Of a DNA stretch of 64,000 nt, positions 1 to 12,067 are shown piece after piece. The notes beneath the pieces are model-generated. The model did not search any database. It saw only the letters and a program-made list of their open reading frames with translations, and had not been told where the DNA came from. The first letter of the stretch is position 1, and each line of letters opens with the position of its first letter. Source of the DNA: Prorocentrum cordatum (Eukaryota); contig CAUYUJ010000259.1 in assembly GCA_963575745.1 (NCBI GenBank), positions 186,001-250,000 of the forward strand. The letters run 5' to 3'. The position numbers and the translations under genes are program-made.

Positions 1-356
1 GCCTTCCATCCGTGAAGTTGTTTTCGGACTGTTCCAATTTCCGGACCGTTAAAACGAGCAGCCTTTGCCATCCGTGTAGGTTTTGTACCATGCTGAACTG
101 CGGGTCGTGGAATCAGCGGATCCTAAAGCGGGATTTCAATTCCGCAAACGTGTCGCCGTCAATCCGTGAGTCTGGTGTATTTCCCCACATCCTAAGTGGA
201 TTTCTTGTTTTCTCTGCACACTTTCCGCGCAGGATCTCTCCTCCTCCTCCTCCTCCTCCTCCTCCTCCTCCTCCTCCTCCTCCTCCCTCCCCTCTCCGCC
301 TGCTTGCTTCCTCCTCCTCATCATCTCCTCCTTACCCCCCTCTCTCACTCTCCTTC

Positions 357-357
357 A

Positions 358-427
<70 letters not shown>

Positions 428-428
428 G

Positions 429-461
<33 letters not shown>

Positions 462-529
462 GCATCAGCATCAGCATCAGCATCAGCATCAGCATCAGCA
501 TCAGCATCATCATTATCATCATCATCATC

Positions 530-565
<36 letters not shown>

Positions 566-600
566 GCACTCATCACCACATCATCATCATCGTCATCATT
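357..600. repeat. (CAT)n/(CAG) microsatellite
   Basis: Visible trinucleotide run; it generates the poly-S/H/M ORFs in the track. Confidence 0.95.
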
Positions 601-679
601 CACCCACCCACCCACCCACCCACCCACCCACTCACTCACTCACTCACTCACTCGTCACCGTCACTTGCGTATGTCACCC

Positions 680-3170
680 GAGGAAGTCTCAGGTGGGAGC
701 CCCCTCCCTATGTGCCCCGCACTTCATGTTGGTAATTCGAGCGGGTCATCGGCAACCTGTAACTGTCGCCACTTTTGGGAACCTCAGGCCTGAATTTGGA
801 GGATGTAGCGAGCGGGAGCCTCGTCTGTGAGTGAATTGTGAGGAAGCCTCAGGTGGGAGCCCCCTCCCTATGGGCCCGCACTTCATCTTGGTAATCCGAG
901 CGGGTCATCGGCAAGCTGTGACTGTCGCCACTTTTGGACTCCTCAGCCCTGACTTTGGAGGAAGTATCAAGCGGGAGCCTCGTTTGGGAGTGAAGTGTGG
1001 AAGTCTCAGGCGGGAGGCCCCTCCCTATGGGTCCGGCACTTCATTATGGTAATCCGAGCGGGTCATCGGCAACCTGCCATCCCCATCTTCCTCTTTGTTT
1101 TCAATACATTCCCCTGTCACACCACCAAGCGTTTGCTAAGGGTTTCTCCTAGGACGTCGTCTCAACTTGCCGCATCGGCGTTGGAATTCCCACCAAATAC
1201 ATGGATGGAATACAGGTTGCTTTCAAACTGCGTCTGTAGCCCTTGTTTCCGCAAATCCTTGTTTTTCCCCACATCCTAAGTGGGGTTCTTGTTTTCTCTG
1301 CACACCCTCCGCGCAGGATCTCTCCTCCTCCTCCTCCCTCTCCTCTCCTCCTCCTTGCTTCCTCCTCCTCCTCATGATCATCTCTTCCTCACCCCCCCTC
1401 CCTCTCAATCTCCCTCTCATCATCATCATCATTATCATCATCACCACCATCATCATCATCGCACTCATCATCACTCAACGTCATCATCATCATCATCATC
1501 ACTAACCCACCCACCCACCCACCAACCCACCTACTCACTCACTGACTCACTCACTCCCTCACTCATCACCGTCACTCGCTTATGTCACCCGAGGAAGCCT
1601 CAGGCGGGAGCCCCCTCCCTATGGGTCCGGCACTTCATGATGGTAATCCGAGTGGGTCATCGGCAACCTGTAACTGTAATCACTTTTCGGCTCCTCGGGC
1701 CTGAAATTGGAGGAAGTATCAAGCGGGAGCCTCGTCTGTGAGTGAATTGTGGGGAAGTCTCAGGCGGGAGCCCCCTCCCTATGGGTCCTGCACTTCATGT
1801 TGGTAATCCGAGCGGGTCATCGGCAACCTGCCATTGTCGTCACTTTTGGGCTCCCCAGGCTTGAATTTGGAGGAAGGATCTAGCGGGAGCCTCGTCTGTG
1901 AGTGACTTGTGAGGACGTCTCAGGCGGGAGCCCCCTCCCTATGGGTCCCGCACTTCATGTTGGTAATCCGAGCGGGTAATCCGCCGAGGAAAATCGATTT
2001 GCTTGCCCCGACCAGGTGGAAGTGGAGGAGCGCGCGGAGAAGAGGCAGGGGAAGGACGAGAACGGGGAAGTGGCAGGGAAGGGGTGATGATGAGGAGGAA
2101 GTGGAGAAGGAGGAGGAGGAGGAGAAATAGAAGGAGGGGGAGTAGGTGAGGGCAGAACGGCGGGCGAGAGGAGACTGTCCGTCAGGGCGAGGAGGAAAAG
2201 GGTAAGGGCAATGTAAACATATTCTCATGTGGGGTCCTTCTTCGCCCTGACGGACAGTTTCCTCCCTCCCGCCGTTCTGCCTTCACCTACTCCCCCTCCT
2301 TCTATTTCTCCTCCTCCTCCTTCTCCACTTCCTCCTCATCATCACCCCTTCCCTGCCCCTTCCCCGTCCTCGTCCTTCCCCTGCTTCTTCTCCGCGCGCT
2401 CCTCCCCTTCCCACTGGTCGGGGCAAGCAAATCGATTTTCCTCGGCGGATTACCCGCTCGGATTACCAACATGAAGTGCGGGACCCATAGGGAGGGGGCT
2501 CCCGCCTGAGACGTCCTCACAAGTCACTCACAGACGAGGTTTCCGCTTGATCCCTTCTCCAAATTCAAGCCTGGGGAGCCCAAAAGTGACGACGGTTACA
2601 GGTTGCCGATGACCCGCTCGGATTACCAACATGAAGTGCAGGACCCATAGGGAGGGGCCTCCCGCCTGAGACTTCTTCACAATTCACTCACAGACGAGGC
2701 TCCCGCTTGATACTTCCTCCAAATTCAGGCCTGGGGAGCCCAAAAGTGGCGACAGTCACAGGTTGCCGATGACCCGCTCGGATTACCATCATGAAGTGCC
2801 GGACCCATAGGGAGGGGGCTCCCACCTAAGATATCCGCACAATTCACTCACAGACGAGGCTCCCGCTCGCTACATCCTCCAAATTCAAGCCTGGGGAGCC
2901 CAAAAGTGACGACAATGGCAGGTTGCCGATGCCCCGCTCGGATTACCAACATGAAGTGCCGGACCCATAGGGAGGGGGCTCCCGCCTGAGACTTCCCCAC
3001 AATTCACTCACAGACGAGGCTCCCGCTTGATACTTCCTCCAATTTCAGGCCCGAGGAGCCGAAAAGTGATTACAGTTACAGGTTGCCGATGACCCGATCG
3101 GATTACCAACATGAAGTGCGGGACCCAGAGGAAAGGGGCTCCCGCCTGAGGCTTCCTCGGGTGACATAAG
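680..3170. repeat. 160-bp tandem repeat units in three blocks (~680-1078 and ~1590-1980 forward, ~2450-3170 reverse)
   Basis: GATTACCA(A/T)C recurs at 2461, 2621, 2781, 2941 and 3101, an exact 160-bp period. The reverse complement of the same unit forms the forward blocks. Confidence 0.9.
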
Positions 3171-3661
3171 CGAGTGACGGTGATGAGTGAGGGAGTGAGT
3201 GAGTCAGTGAGTGAGTAGGTGGGTTGGTGGGTGGGTGGGTGGGTTAGTGATGATGATGATGACGTTGAGTGATGATGAGTGCGATGATGATGATGGTGGT
3301 GATGATGATAATGATGATGATGAGAGGGAGATTGAGAGGGAGGGGGGGTGAGGAAGAGATGATCATGATGAGGAGGAGGAAGCAAGGAGGAGGAGAGGAG
3401 AGGGAGGAGGAGGAGGAGAGATCCTGCGCGGAGGGTGTGCAGAGAAAACAAGAACCCCACTTAGGATGTGGGGAAAAACAAGGATTTGCGGAAACAAGGG
3501 CTACAGACGCAGTTTGAAAGCAACTTGTATTCCATCCATGTATTTGGTGGGAATTCCAACGCCGATGCGGCAAGTTGAGACGACGTCCTAGGAGAAACCC
3601 TTAGCAAACGCTTGGTGGTGTGACAGGGGAATGTATTGAAAACAAAGAGGAGGATGGGGAT
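1079..3661. repeat. Long inverted repeat (foldback-like element); arms ~1079-2196 and ~2236-3661, ~40-bp spacer
   Basis: 1081 CCCCATCTTCCTCTTTGTTTTCAATACATT is the near-exact reverse complement of 3630-3660. The arms converge at ...CTGTCCGTCAGGGCGA / TCGCCCTGACGGACAG. The ORF track shows mirror-image ORFs (1280+ and 3008-). Confidence 0.92.
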
Positions 3662-4465
3662 CAGGAGGAGGAGGAGGAGGAGGAGGAGGAGGAACCTCGT
3701 TCGCATCCTTCCTTTTCATCCCCTCCCGCTTCTTTGCTCCCCAACCCCCTTCCACTTCGCTGCTCGTCTTTTCCCTTCCTCTCCCACGCCCCTCCTCCCG
3801 TAATTACTCCCCTCACATCCCCTCTCTTCGTCGTGCGTTTGCCAGCTGCCGCTCCCAGCGGCTGTCCGAGACGCGTCGGCTAGCGCTTGTGGCAGCAGCG
3901 TTGTTGTTGGACACGTGAGCCTCCCACCTGGGCCCAAATGCATCCGCCGCCAGCGCACCTCCCTCCCCTTGCCCCCGATTCGGGAAGGACGCGAGGAAGA
4001 GAGAGGAGGGAGAAGATTCAGGGAGGCAGTGTTGCTTCACGTATTGCCGTATCCAGTGTCGGCGCAGCGGTACAGTCGTTGAAGAGGGTAATGGCGTATG
4101 GGTGGAAGACGAAAACAAGAGTACAGAAAAAGGTGAATCGCGGAGGATGGGGAGAGGAGGCGGATAAGGCGTGGAAGAGAATTTAGAGCAGGATGCCGAG
4201 GATCTTTTGGAGGAGGAGGAGGAGGAGAGGAGAGGAGAGGAGAGGACATCCTCCTGCTGTTTTCCTACATTTCCCTCCACGCCCCTCCTCACTCCTTCTC
4301 CTCATCCCCCCTCGTCGTTGTCCTCGTCCTCTTTCTTTTCCCGCATGGGGTGGATGCTGGCCCCCCCCCCTCCCCCACCAAGAGGTTTCTCGAGACATCC
4401 AGAGGCCCCAACAGTTGTCGTCAACCGTGGACCCTCTGGGCATGCTCGAGGCCAGGCGAGCCCAG

Positions 4466-5930
4466 GAGGAAGAACTCACCCTGCCCCTCTTCGAGGCCAG
4501 GCCGCCCAGGCCTGTTCTTCTCCGTCCCCCTCCTCCCCCCCCCCTCCTCCGCCCTCGCTCCGTCCCCACACCCCCTCACTCTTTCTCACTCCTCCTCGCT
4601 CCTCCTCGCTCCGCCTCCTCGTCCTCCTCACTCCTCCCCACTCCACCTACGGCCTCCCTGGACCGTTCCGCACTGGCTACCGCGCCCGACGCGTCCTTCA
4701 GACCCGCGGGTTCTCGGAGACTCCCCGGCGCTCCTCCTCCCCGCCTGGCGCCCCCCTGCCCGCCACCGTCTCGTCCGAGGGCCCGCCAGGGCCACGGCGG
4801 CCCCGGCGCCTTCCGGGCCGACGCCGCTTCCAGGTCGTCGCCTTTCAAGAGCAGCCCCATGAAGCCCCTGTGTGTGTGCCCCTTCTCTTTCCCACACTTT
4901 GTCTCTTCTCTACCGCTGCCCCATGTCGTCTCAGGCACTGGACATCCTGGATGTATGACAAGTATTCAGGACTGTGCAGCGCCGAGGGCCGAGGGACAGA
5001 ACCCTTCATCGCTGTCATTCTTTCTTTCCGTACGCATCTCCTCCGGACGGATGGTTCGGCCTTTCGGCTCCCTACCCCCGTTCACACGCACACCCGGGAT
5101 ATGGCACAAACGACGTGGGTACGGAAAGAGCGGGTACGATGCCCAACGGAAGTTCCTCTTCATTGTGAACAGGGCTCGCTGACCGCGCCGCCGTGGACGT
5201 GTCCACTTGAGATGGAAGGCCGCCTGTCGAACAGCGGCCGCTGTGGGTGTGGGACAGCGTTTGCCTTTGGACATTGCACTCAATATTTCCGTACCAAGTT
5301 CGTTGGTCCAACTCACTTCTTGGGGCCCGTGTTGCCGCGTGCAGCCTCGGCAACGAAAGCCCCCAGAGACGCCCCGAAGCGCGGTTGACCTTGTGGCGGC
5401 GGCGGCGTCGTCATGGCCACGGTGTCCTCGGACTTCGGCCCTCGGGCCGCAGGGAAAAGTCCGAACGTCTGCCCCCGTGGGGTCCGAACTGCTTCCGGCC
5501 CAAAGCGTTCCGAGTTCCGAAACAGTGGTTTGGGCGTTGTTGTGTGAGCCAGTGTGCGTAATTAGCCGCTCGAAGCCATCGAACTAAGACGTCAGAGCCT
5601 CTATCTAGCCACTATTTTGGAACCCAGATGGTGGTCACCGAAACTGGGGTCCTGCGTGAACCGCCTAGCGGGCCAACCACCATGTAGATTACGAAATTGT
5701 GGTTCGCACTGTTTGGGTCGATTCTACCCGCGGGAGCAGACAGCAGTAACCAGTATCGTACTGACCACCAAACCGTTCGCCCCAACTGCGTGGAACTTCG
5801 ATCTTCGAGGAGGAGCCCGAGGAGAGCCCGCCAGGACCACAGCGGCCCGAACATTTTCCTGGTCGACACCGAGGGCTGGACGCGCTCCGCCGAGATCTTC
5901 CGCTCGCACGAGCAGCTGCCCGAGCGGAAG
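4466..5930 (+). CDS. Candidate exons of an uncharacterised multi-exon gene (partial)
   Basis: High-GC3 segments, most bounded by AG|G acceptors and GC/GA donors: 4466-4495 EEELTLPLFE, 4834-4850 VVAFQ, 4935-~4969 HWTSWMYDK, ~5407-5445 VVMATVSSDFGPR, 5835-~5930 DHSGPNIFLVDTEGWTRSAEIFRSHEQLPERK. The first three join in frame. No domain recognised. Confidence 0.38.
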
Positions 5931-6974
5931 GACCTCGACCGCCGCGTGCGGGGGGCGGCGGCGCCGTGCGGGGGTGGGGGGGTGGCGCGAGGGGGGACGC
6001 CTGTTGAGACATTCGAAAGGTTCGGCCACGAACAGTTCGGCTGGGCGGGCGGCGCTCGGCCAGCTGAGCTCGGCCAGGTGGAGCCCGGCCCGTGTCGAAG
6101 ACCGCTCGGCCGAGTGCGGCACGCGCCGAGTTCCGCCGGCCGGGTCCCGCCCAGCCGAGGCTTTCTTGGCCGAGTTTGCTTGCTGCCCTGAGGCGGCATC
6201 CTGGCTTGTCAGAGTGCAAGGGCCTTTTGAGAGGAGGCGGCTTCTTCGATCGCAGGGTGGCTTGCAACGCAGAGGGTGGATGCTTAGACGCACGACGGGA
6301 GGCCTTCTGAGAGGGCAGGCGGCCTTGTGCGCGACCCTCGTGGAGTGCGTGGCGGTGGCGATGCGGGGGGAGGCCTGCAGACAAAAAGGCAGGAGGCAGA
6401 GGCAGGAAGGGGTTGCATCGACCCCACTTCGTCCATTCACCGCCGATTGTGGCCTGATAGCCCACTCCGCCCATGACCGTGCGGTTTCACTGTCGGGGGC
6501 CTATCGGGTATGTGCCGCCGGTTTCAGGTCGATATTCCTCCGCGCGCGGTGTGGTCTTATCCATGACCTCGTTTGGTGGTGGACCTGGGTATATTGTGGT
6601 GCCGCCTTGGATGGGGAGGAGGAGGAGGAGGAAGAGGAGGAGGAGGAGACAGCTTTTTCCATCATCTGACGGTGACGGTTGGCCTTACGAGGGGAACGCG
6701 GGCGGTGGCATCACGATTTGCGCCAGCACCGGTTTGAACACGAGCTCGAAGAAGAATAAGAAAAAGAGGCATGCGGAGGAGAATCGAAGCTCGAGGATCG
6801 ACGACCTAGGTCTTTGGAGGTCTTTTCCTCCATTTTCGGGTGTCTGAGGGCCTCCTCGCTCATCGCGGCTGGATCCTGGCAAGACCGCGCCCAGGGACAG
6901 GCCTGCGGGTGCAGTTTCGAGGGACAGCGTGAGGGTTGGGAATGAGGCAGGTGGAGCAGTTGCAACAGGCGTAT

Positions 6975-7138
6975 ATTGATGATGTTGATGTTGATGTGGA
7001 TGTTATTGCTGATGTTGAATTTGAAGGTTATGTTGATGTTGATGCTGGTGTTGATGATGACGACGATTATGAGGATGATAATGATGATGATCATGATGGT
7101 GATGATGATGGTGATGATGATGATGATGATGACGATGC

Positions 7139-7169
<31 letters not shown>

Positions 7170-7215
7170 CCTGATGATGATGATGATGTTGCTGCTGATA
7201 ATGATGCTGATGAGC

Positions 7216-7252
<37 letters not shown>

Positions 7253-7691
7253 GTGATGGTGGTGGTGGTGATAGTGATGATGATGGACGAGGAAGGAGCA
7301 GGAAGAGGAGGAGGTAGAAGTGGAGGAGGCCAGTCCTCAATGGACAGTGGCTTGGTCTGCCTCCAAAGAAGCAGGGCCGGCACAAGGAACCTAGAGCAGG
7401 CCACGACAAGGCCAACGGCGGTGCTGCGAGCGCCGAGCGTCCAATTTCGTATGAAATGTTGTGTGGTTCCTCCGGACGTCCTGCCTGGCCGATTCGTATT
7501 TGTCTTCCTCCGCGTCTTTTGATTGGGCTTCTTGGGGCCCTGTGTAAGGCCCAGGGGGCGCCCTCTTGGAGGCTTCTCGAATCTACTAGGAGGAGAGGGA
7601 GGGGGAGGTGGAGGAGGAGGAGGAGGATTAGTTAGGATTAGGAGGAGGGGGAGCAAGAGGGGGAGGAGGAGAGGGAGGAGGAGGAGAGGAG

Positions 7692-7724
<33 letters not shown>

Positions 7725-8355
7725 GGAGGGGGAGGAGGACAAGGATGCTGGAGGAGGAGGAGGAAGAAGAAGAGGAGGAGGAAGGAGTGGAGGAGGAGGA
7801 GGAGGAGGAGAGGGAAGAGGATCAAGGAGGAGGAGGAGGAGTGGAGGAGGAGGAGGAGGAGGAGGAGAGGAGGAGGAGGAGGAGGTGGAGGAGAGGGAAG
7901 AGAAGAGGGAGGAGGGGAGGTGGAGGAGGAGGAGGAGAAGGAGGAGGAGAGGGAGGAGGAGAGGGGGAGGAGGAGAGGGAGGATGAGAGAGAGGAGGAGA
8001 GGGAGGAGGAGGAGAGGGAGAGGGAGAGGGAGGAGGAGAGGGTGGAGGAGAGGGAGACTGAGAGGGTGAGGAAGAGGGAGAGAGAGAGGGAGAGGGAGAG
8101 GGAGAGAGAGAGGGAGAGGGAGAGTGAGAGGGAGAGGGAGAGGGACAGAGGGAGAGAGAGGGAGTGGGAGAGGGAGAGGGACAGGGAAAGGAAGAGGGAG
8201 AGGGAGAAGGAGGTGGATGCGGATGCAGAGGAGGAGGAGGAGGAGAAGAAGGAGGAGAAGGAGGAGGACGAGTGGGACGAGGAGGAGGAGGAGAAGGAGG
8301 AGGAAGAGGCAGAGGAGAAGGAGGAGGAGGAAGAGGAGAAGGATGAGGAGGAGGA
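6975..8355. repeat. (GAT)n tract (6975-7285) and purine-rich (GGA)n/(GA)n tract (7585-8355)
   Basis: Visible low-complexity sequence. Confidence 0.9.
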
Positions 8356-8418
8356 TGTGTTCCACTTGACGCTTCCCAACAGGTAACCTGAGGGAAAAAG
8401 GGGGAGGAGAGTGATTAC

Positions 8419-11400
8419 TCATCCATCGGGCATGGGCTCCACACTAATCCCTTTGAACTTAGGGTGGGGACCACGCGTCATGAGCCGCCATCGACCGAGG
8501 TCGTTACGGCCAGTGCATTTCGGATCGCACTGGCGGCCCAATCTAAGTACTCTCCCGAGACAGGTGCATACTTTACATCTCCCATAGACGAAGAGCGGAG
8601 ACTGGTCGCTGCACTGCAAGGCAAGCATGCGGTGACCCAACTTCGAAATTTCTTGCACAGCAGGTGGAGGCTCGCCGCGGCAACAACTGCTAGGTGGTTG
8701 CTCCGAGGAGCGACGGAACGCCACACGCTGCGATGCCATTCCCATTGGTGGTCGAAGGAGGACTCAGATGAGGACGCAGGAAGAATGGGAATGGCTCGCG
8801 CGACATCACTGAGATCGAGCTTCGGCCAGCTCTGGAGCACTGCTGCGGCTACTCGGCAAACGGCACGAGCAGCTGAGACGACTCTGTCTACCTGCGCCAC
8901 CTAATCCGCATTGGCCTGCGGGTGTAATGACACTCCATACTTCGCAGCTCTGTCAGCTGCATCGCTGCCCAGCATTAAAAACCGATCTGTGGCAGAGAGG
9001 CCAGCAGAGTCTGCCACGTGCGCTTTGACCTTGCGCACCTCGTTCCAGTGAGCACTGGATGGGAAAACCGCACTGCCTGAATACTTCTTCCCATGAGAAA
9101 AACGCACAGCTTTGGGAGAAATATGGGCCCTGACGACCCCTATGCAATCCGCATAGCCCGTGGTGGGCCCATTCAGGCATTGGGCAGTAGCTGCGTAGGC
9201 GCTGTACTCGCCCGCTTGAGAGGTTTGGGGGGACGGCCTTCCGACAGCACCCGAGACAGAGGCGATAACCTCCCCTTGCGGGTTCACTGAGACAAAACCC
9301 CAGCCCGCCCTAGACATGCTTAAAGGACGGACCGTCCCAGAAACCACCTCCATAAACATCAATGGCACACGGGCTCGGACCTGGGGCCCCTGACAAAAAA
9401 ATGGTCGGTACGACCCTTTTCGCAGGGTCTCGGCAACACGCCCCTCGGTGAGGGAACATACCATCGGAAAACAACACTTTTCAATATCGCTACCAGCTGC
9501 TAGCACGCGACGGGGCTCTAAACTCGAAGCTGATGTCCGCGTCACAAGCCTCCAGGCGGAGCTCGTCGACACTCGGACACTGCCATAGTCGGTGCATTCA
9601 ATTGTCGGGAGCAGCTTGGCAAAGTTGGCAAATATTGTCAGGAAGCTGATCGCCTCGCTCGGTAGCACGCTCCTTAGTCCTAGTGCCGTTACACGCGAGC
9701 AATCTGATACATCCCCGACCGAGCGGAGATTGGACAGAGCGTCGCATCTCTGAGGCCACGACATCGATGCACATCCTCCGCATCCCCAACTTGTCTTCCA
9801 CCGCCCTCTGGTGCGTCCTGATCACTCCCTCGAACAGAAGGTCAGCCACGAGCGCAGGTGAACACGAGGTGAGCTGGATGTGGTCACCAAAGTCGTTGAC
9901 TAAGGTGTGTCAGGCAGGCATGTGCCAGCCGATCCTATGAAGAGAAGGTCTCATAGCTTGGATGGGACCCCTCACTTGACGCCACGTGGAAGGGGGGGGT
10001 GTCACAAAAAACAGTTTTCCCAGCTCGGCTCAGGACCTCAAAGGACAAACCATGGTCAGACAACCCCACCTGAGATCCCCCAAACTCATCCAGAGAACCG
10101 AGTAATGGGAGCGACCGCAGCCCTCCAAGTCGGGTCACCATAGGGGATGAGAGGCGAGGTGAGGGATGTCTGGCCAGAGGAGGGTTTGAGGGTGGAGGCA
10201 AGGGCACGACAAGAGGAGGTGAGTTCGTAGTCTGAAATTCCGTGGGCACCGGCATCGTACTTCAGACCAGCGGGAGGACCCGCAGTAAAACTTGGACACG
10301 TGTGTCGCCCCAGCATGGCCTCACACCGCTGGAACCTAACAAGCCGCTGTTTAAATTTTCTTCGCCTGTGAGCATACTTGTTCCACCTTCTTCCTGCTTT
10401 CCTTCCCATCCCAGCAGTCTCGTCCACTCCTGGATTGGCGGCAGAGTCCTTCGGCGTGCCCGCCAGAGGTCCCAACAGCTTCTTGATGCGAAACCCACGA
10501 GGGGAAGAGGGGCAAACAAGGGCAGCTTTGTCGAGCGAAATAGTACAATCCATACATTCTGTGATGGCATAGTGCAGCTCAGTAGCGGCTCCAACCACCA
10601 GAGTGACAATGAAACACGGACGAGCCTGAACCGAATAACCATAGTCACCAATGTAAACATCCAATCCTTCTGAACCCTGGGAGAGAGGAGGTCAAGAGAG
10701 GGAAAAATGTGGGCACGCACAAAACTGGTGGCGGCCGAGCATCCTGCAAGGACTTAACGGCCTTGGACCATCGTTCCGAGGGTCAAACATCGTGGTATGC
10801 GGTACATATTCAGGCAGACCGCGGCGATCTGCGCTGGAAGCCCAGGAGCTTGCAGCGATCTCTGAGCATGGTAAGGCAGATGGTCTCGAAGAACTTGGCT
10901 AAGCCCCAGAGAAGGCTGCAAGTGACCTGCGAATTGGAGACAGCGGACTCGGAGCGGAGCTCCTGGCGCCAAACGACGTCACCAGCACCAGCGGAGGCCG
11001 ATGCTGCGAGGTAGGGCCTGTGAATTCGGGTCTCCCAATCATGAAGAATGGGTCTTCTCAAACGCCCCCTATCTCCTGAAAAGGCCGCAAAGCATCCCAA
11101 TGGGTCTCCAACCCCCCGTCTGTTCTTCAAGCAACGCAACACTCAAAATTCGGATCTGCTTGGGAATGGTACCAGTACTCCCCATGACAGACCACAACGT
11201 CATAAGAACGTACAGGGAGAGGTCGATAAGAACGCTAACATGTCTCATGTGAAATCCATCGACGCCCACCCCCGACGATGATTTGTACGATCGGGACGCC
11301 TGACGAATACTGGAGGGGTCGATCCAGGGGAGGGGGTCCAAATACTGCTCATACCCCTTGTGCCCTAAGGTGGGAGCATCCTGGGCCCGCCATAATCCCG

Positions 11401-11440
11401 AAAAACGAGCACACTCAGTTTGTAGAAGGCTTGGGTCGGC
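8419..11440 (-). mobile_element. Degenerate, 5'-truncated non-LTR (LINE-like) retrotransposon: RT + RNase H + Cys/His-rich C-terminus
   Basis: Colinear - strand fragments: GVGVDGFH...TGGWRPIGML (RT N-terminal blocks); LLWGLAKFFETI (block 3, D>G); VYIGD (YxDD decayed); ISLDKA; RNase H-like AGWG...QTSQAGE...YADC...KVKAH...GSDAADRAAK (8901-9340); terminal GH...CxxC...HPK. Many stops and frameshifts. Confidence 0.85.
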
Positions 11441-12001
11441 CAAAACGCGGAGGATGAGGAGGAACATGATGAGGACAAGGAGGAGGAGGAGGAGGAGAAG
11501 GAGGAGGCTGAAGATGATACAGGAGGAGGAGGAGGAGGAGGAGGAGAAGGAGCAGGAGGAGGAGGAGGAGAATGTGGATCCTGTTTGGGGTCTTGGTCGC
11601 CAATGAACTGTGGCCTCACCTTGTCGCGAGTCTCGTGCCGCATTGGTCGATCGCGTGCGTGGCCATTACAAGATCGGCCACGCGCAGAGGGGGGTAGAGG
11701 GAGGGGGAAGGCCTCTTAGAAACACCCCTGCTTCCTAGAAGGCGCGTGGCCTGTCTGTAGATATACGGTCAGCGCCTTGCAAGAAGCAGCCTCCTCCTAA
11801 GAAGCTTCCCCCCGTCCCCCCGCTGCGCACCGCCAACAAAGGCCGAGGCACCGCGCCAGTCCGCAGGGAGCAGCGCGCCGCACACAGCGTGTCACATCTC
11901 CTCCCTGCCCCTTGCTTTCTGTCACCAGGGCTCTCTTTTGTCACCCTCGTTCCCATGCCCTTGGCGCCACAGTTTTGCGATAGCCAGTCTGCCCACTTAC
12001 G

Positions 12002-12013
12002 TTATGGCTCGAG
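12002..12013 (+). other. Possible relic spliced-leader core
   Basis: TTATGGCTCGAG matches the dinoflagellate SL 3' end TTTTGGCTCAAG at 10/12, ~55 bp upstream of the ATG at 12068. Confidence 0.35.
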
Positions 12014-12067
12014 GCCGCCAATCGTGCGGCTGTCTTCCATGACCACCCAACCTTACGCTTCATTCAG

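Noticed and set aside
12..830. 272-aa and overlapping ORFs with poly-S/H/M/P
   Set aside because: Translations of (CCT)n and (CAT)n microsatellites and the 160-bp repeat; no domain.
2450..3170. Regular 160-bp periodicity as a possible CRISPR array
   Set aside because: Whole units are similar with no unique spacers, there are no cas genes, and the context is eukaryotic.
4171..6669. 405-aa and 350-aa ORFs as single-exon genes
   Set aside because: GC-rich stop-poor read-through across repeats; only short internal segments look coding.
7523..8422. Glu/Arg-rich 287-aa and Leu/Pro-rich 264-aa ORFs
   Set aside because: Purine-only low-complexity tract.
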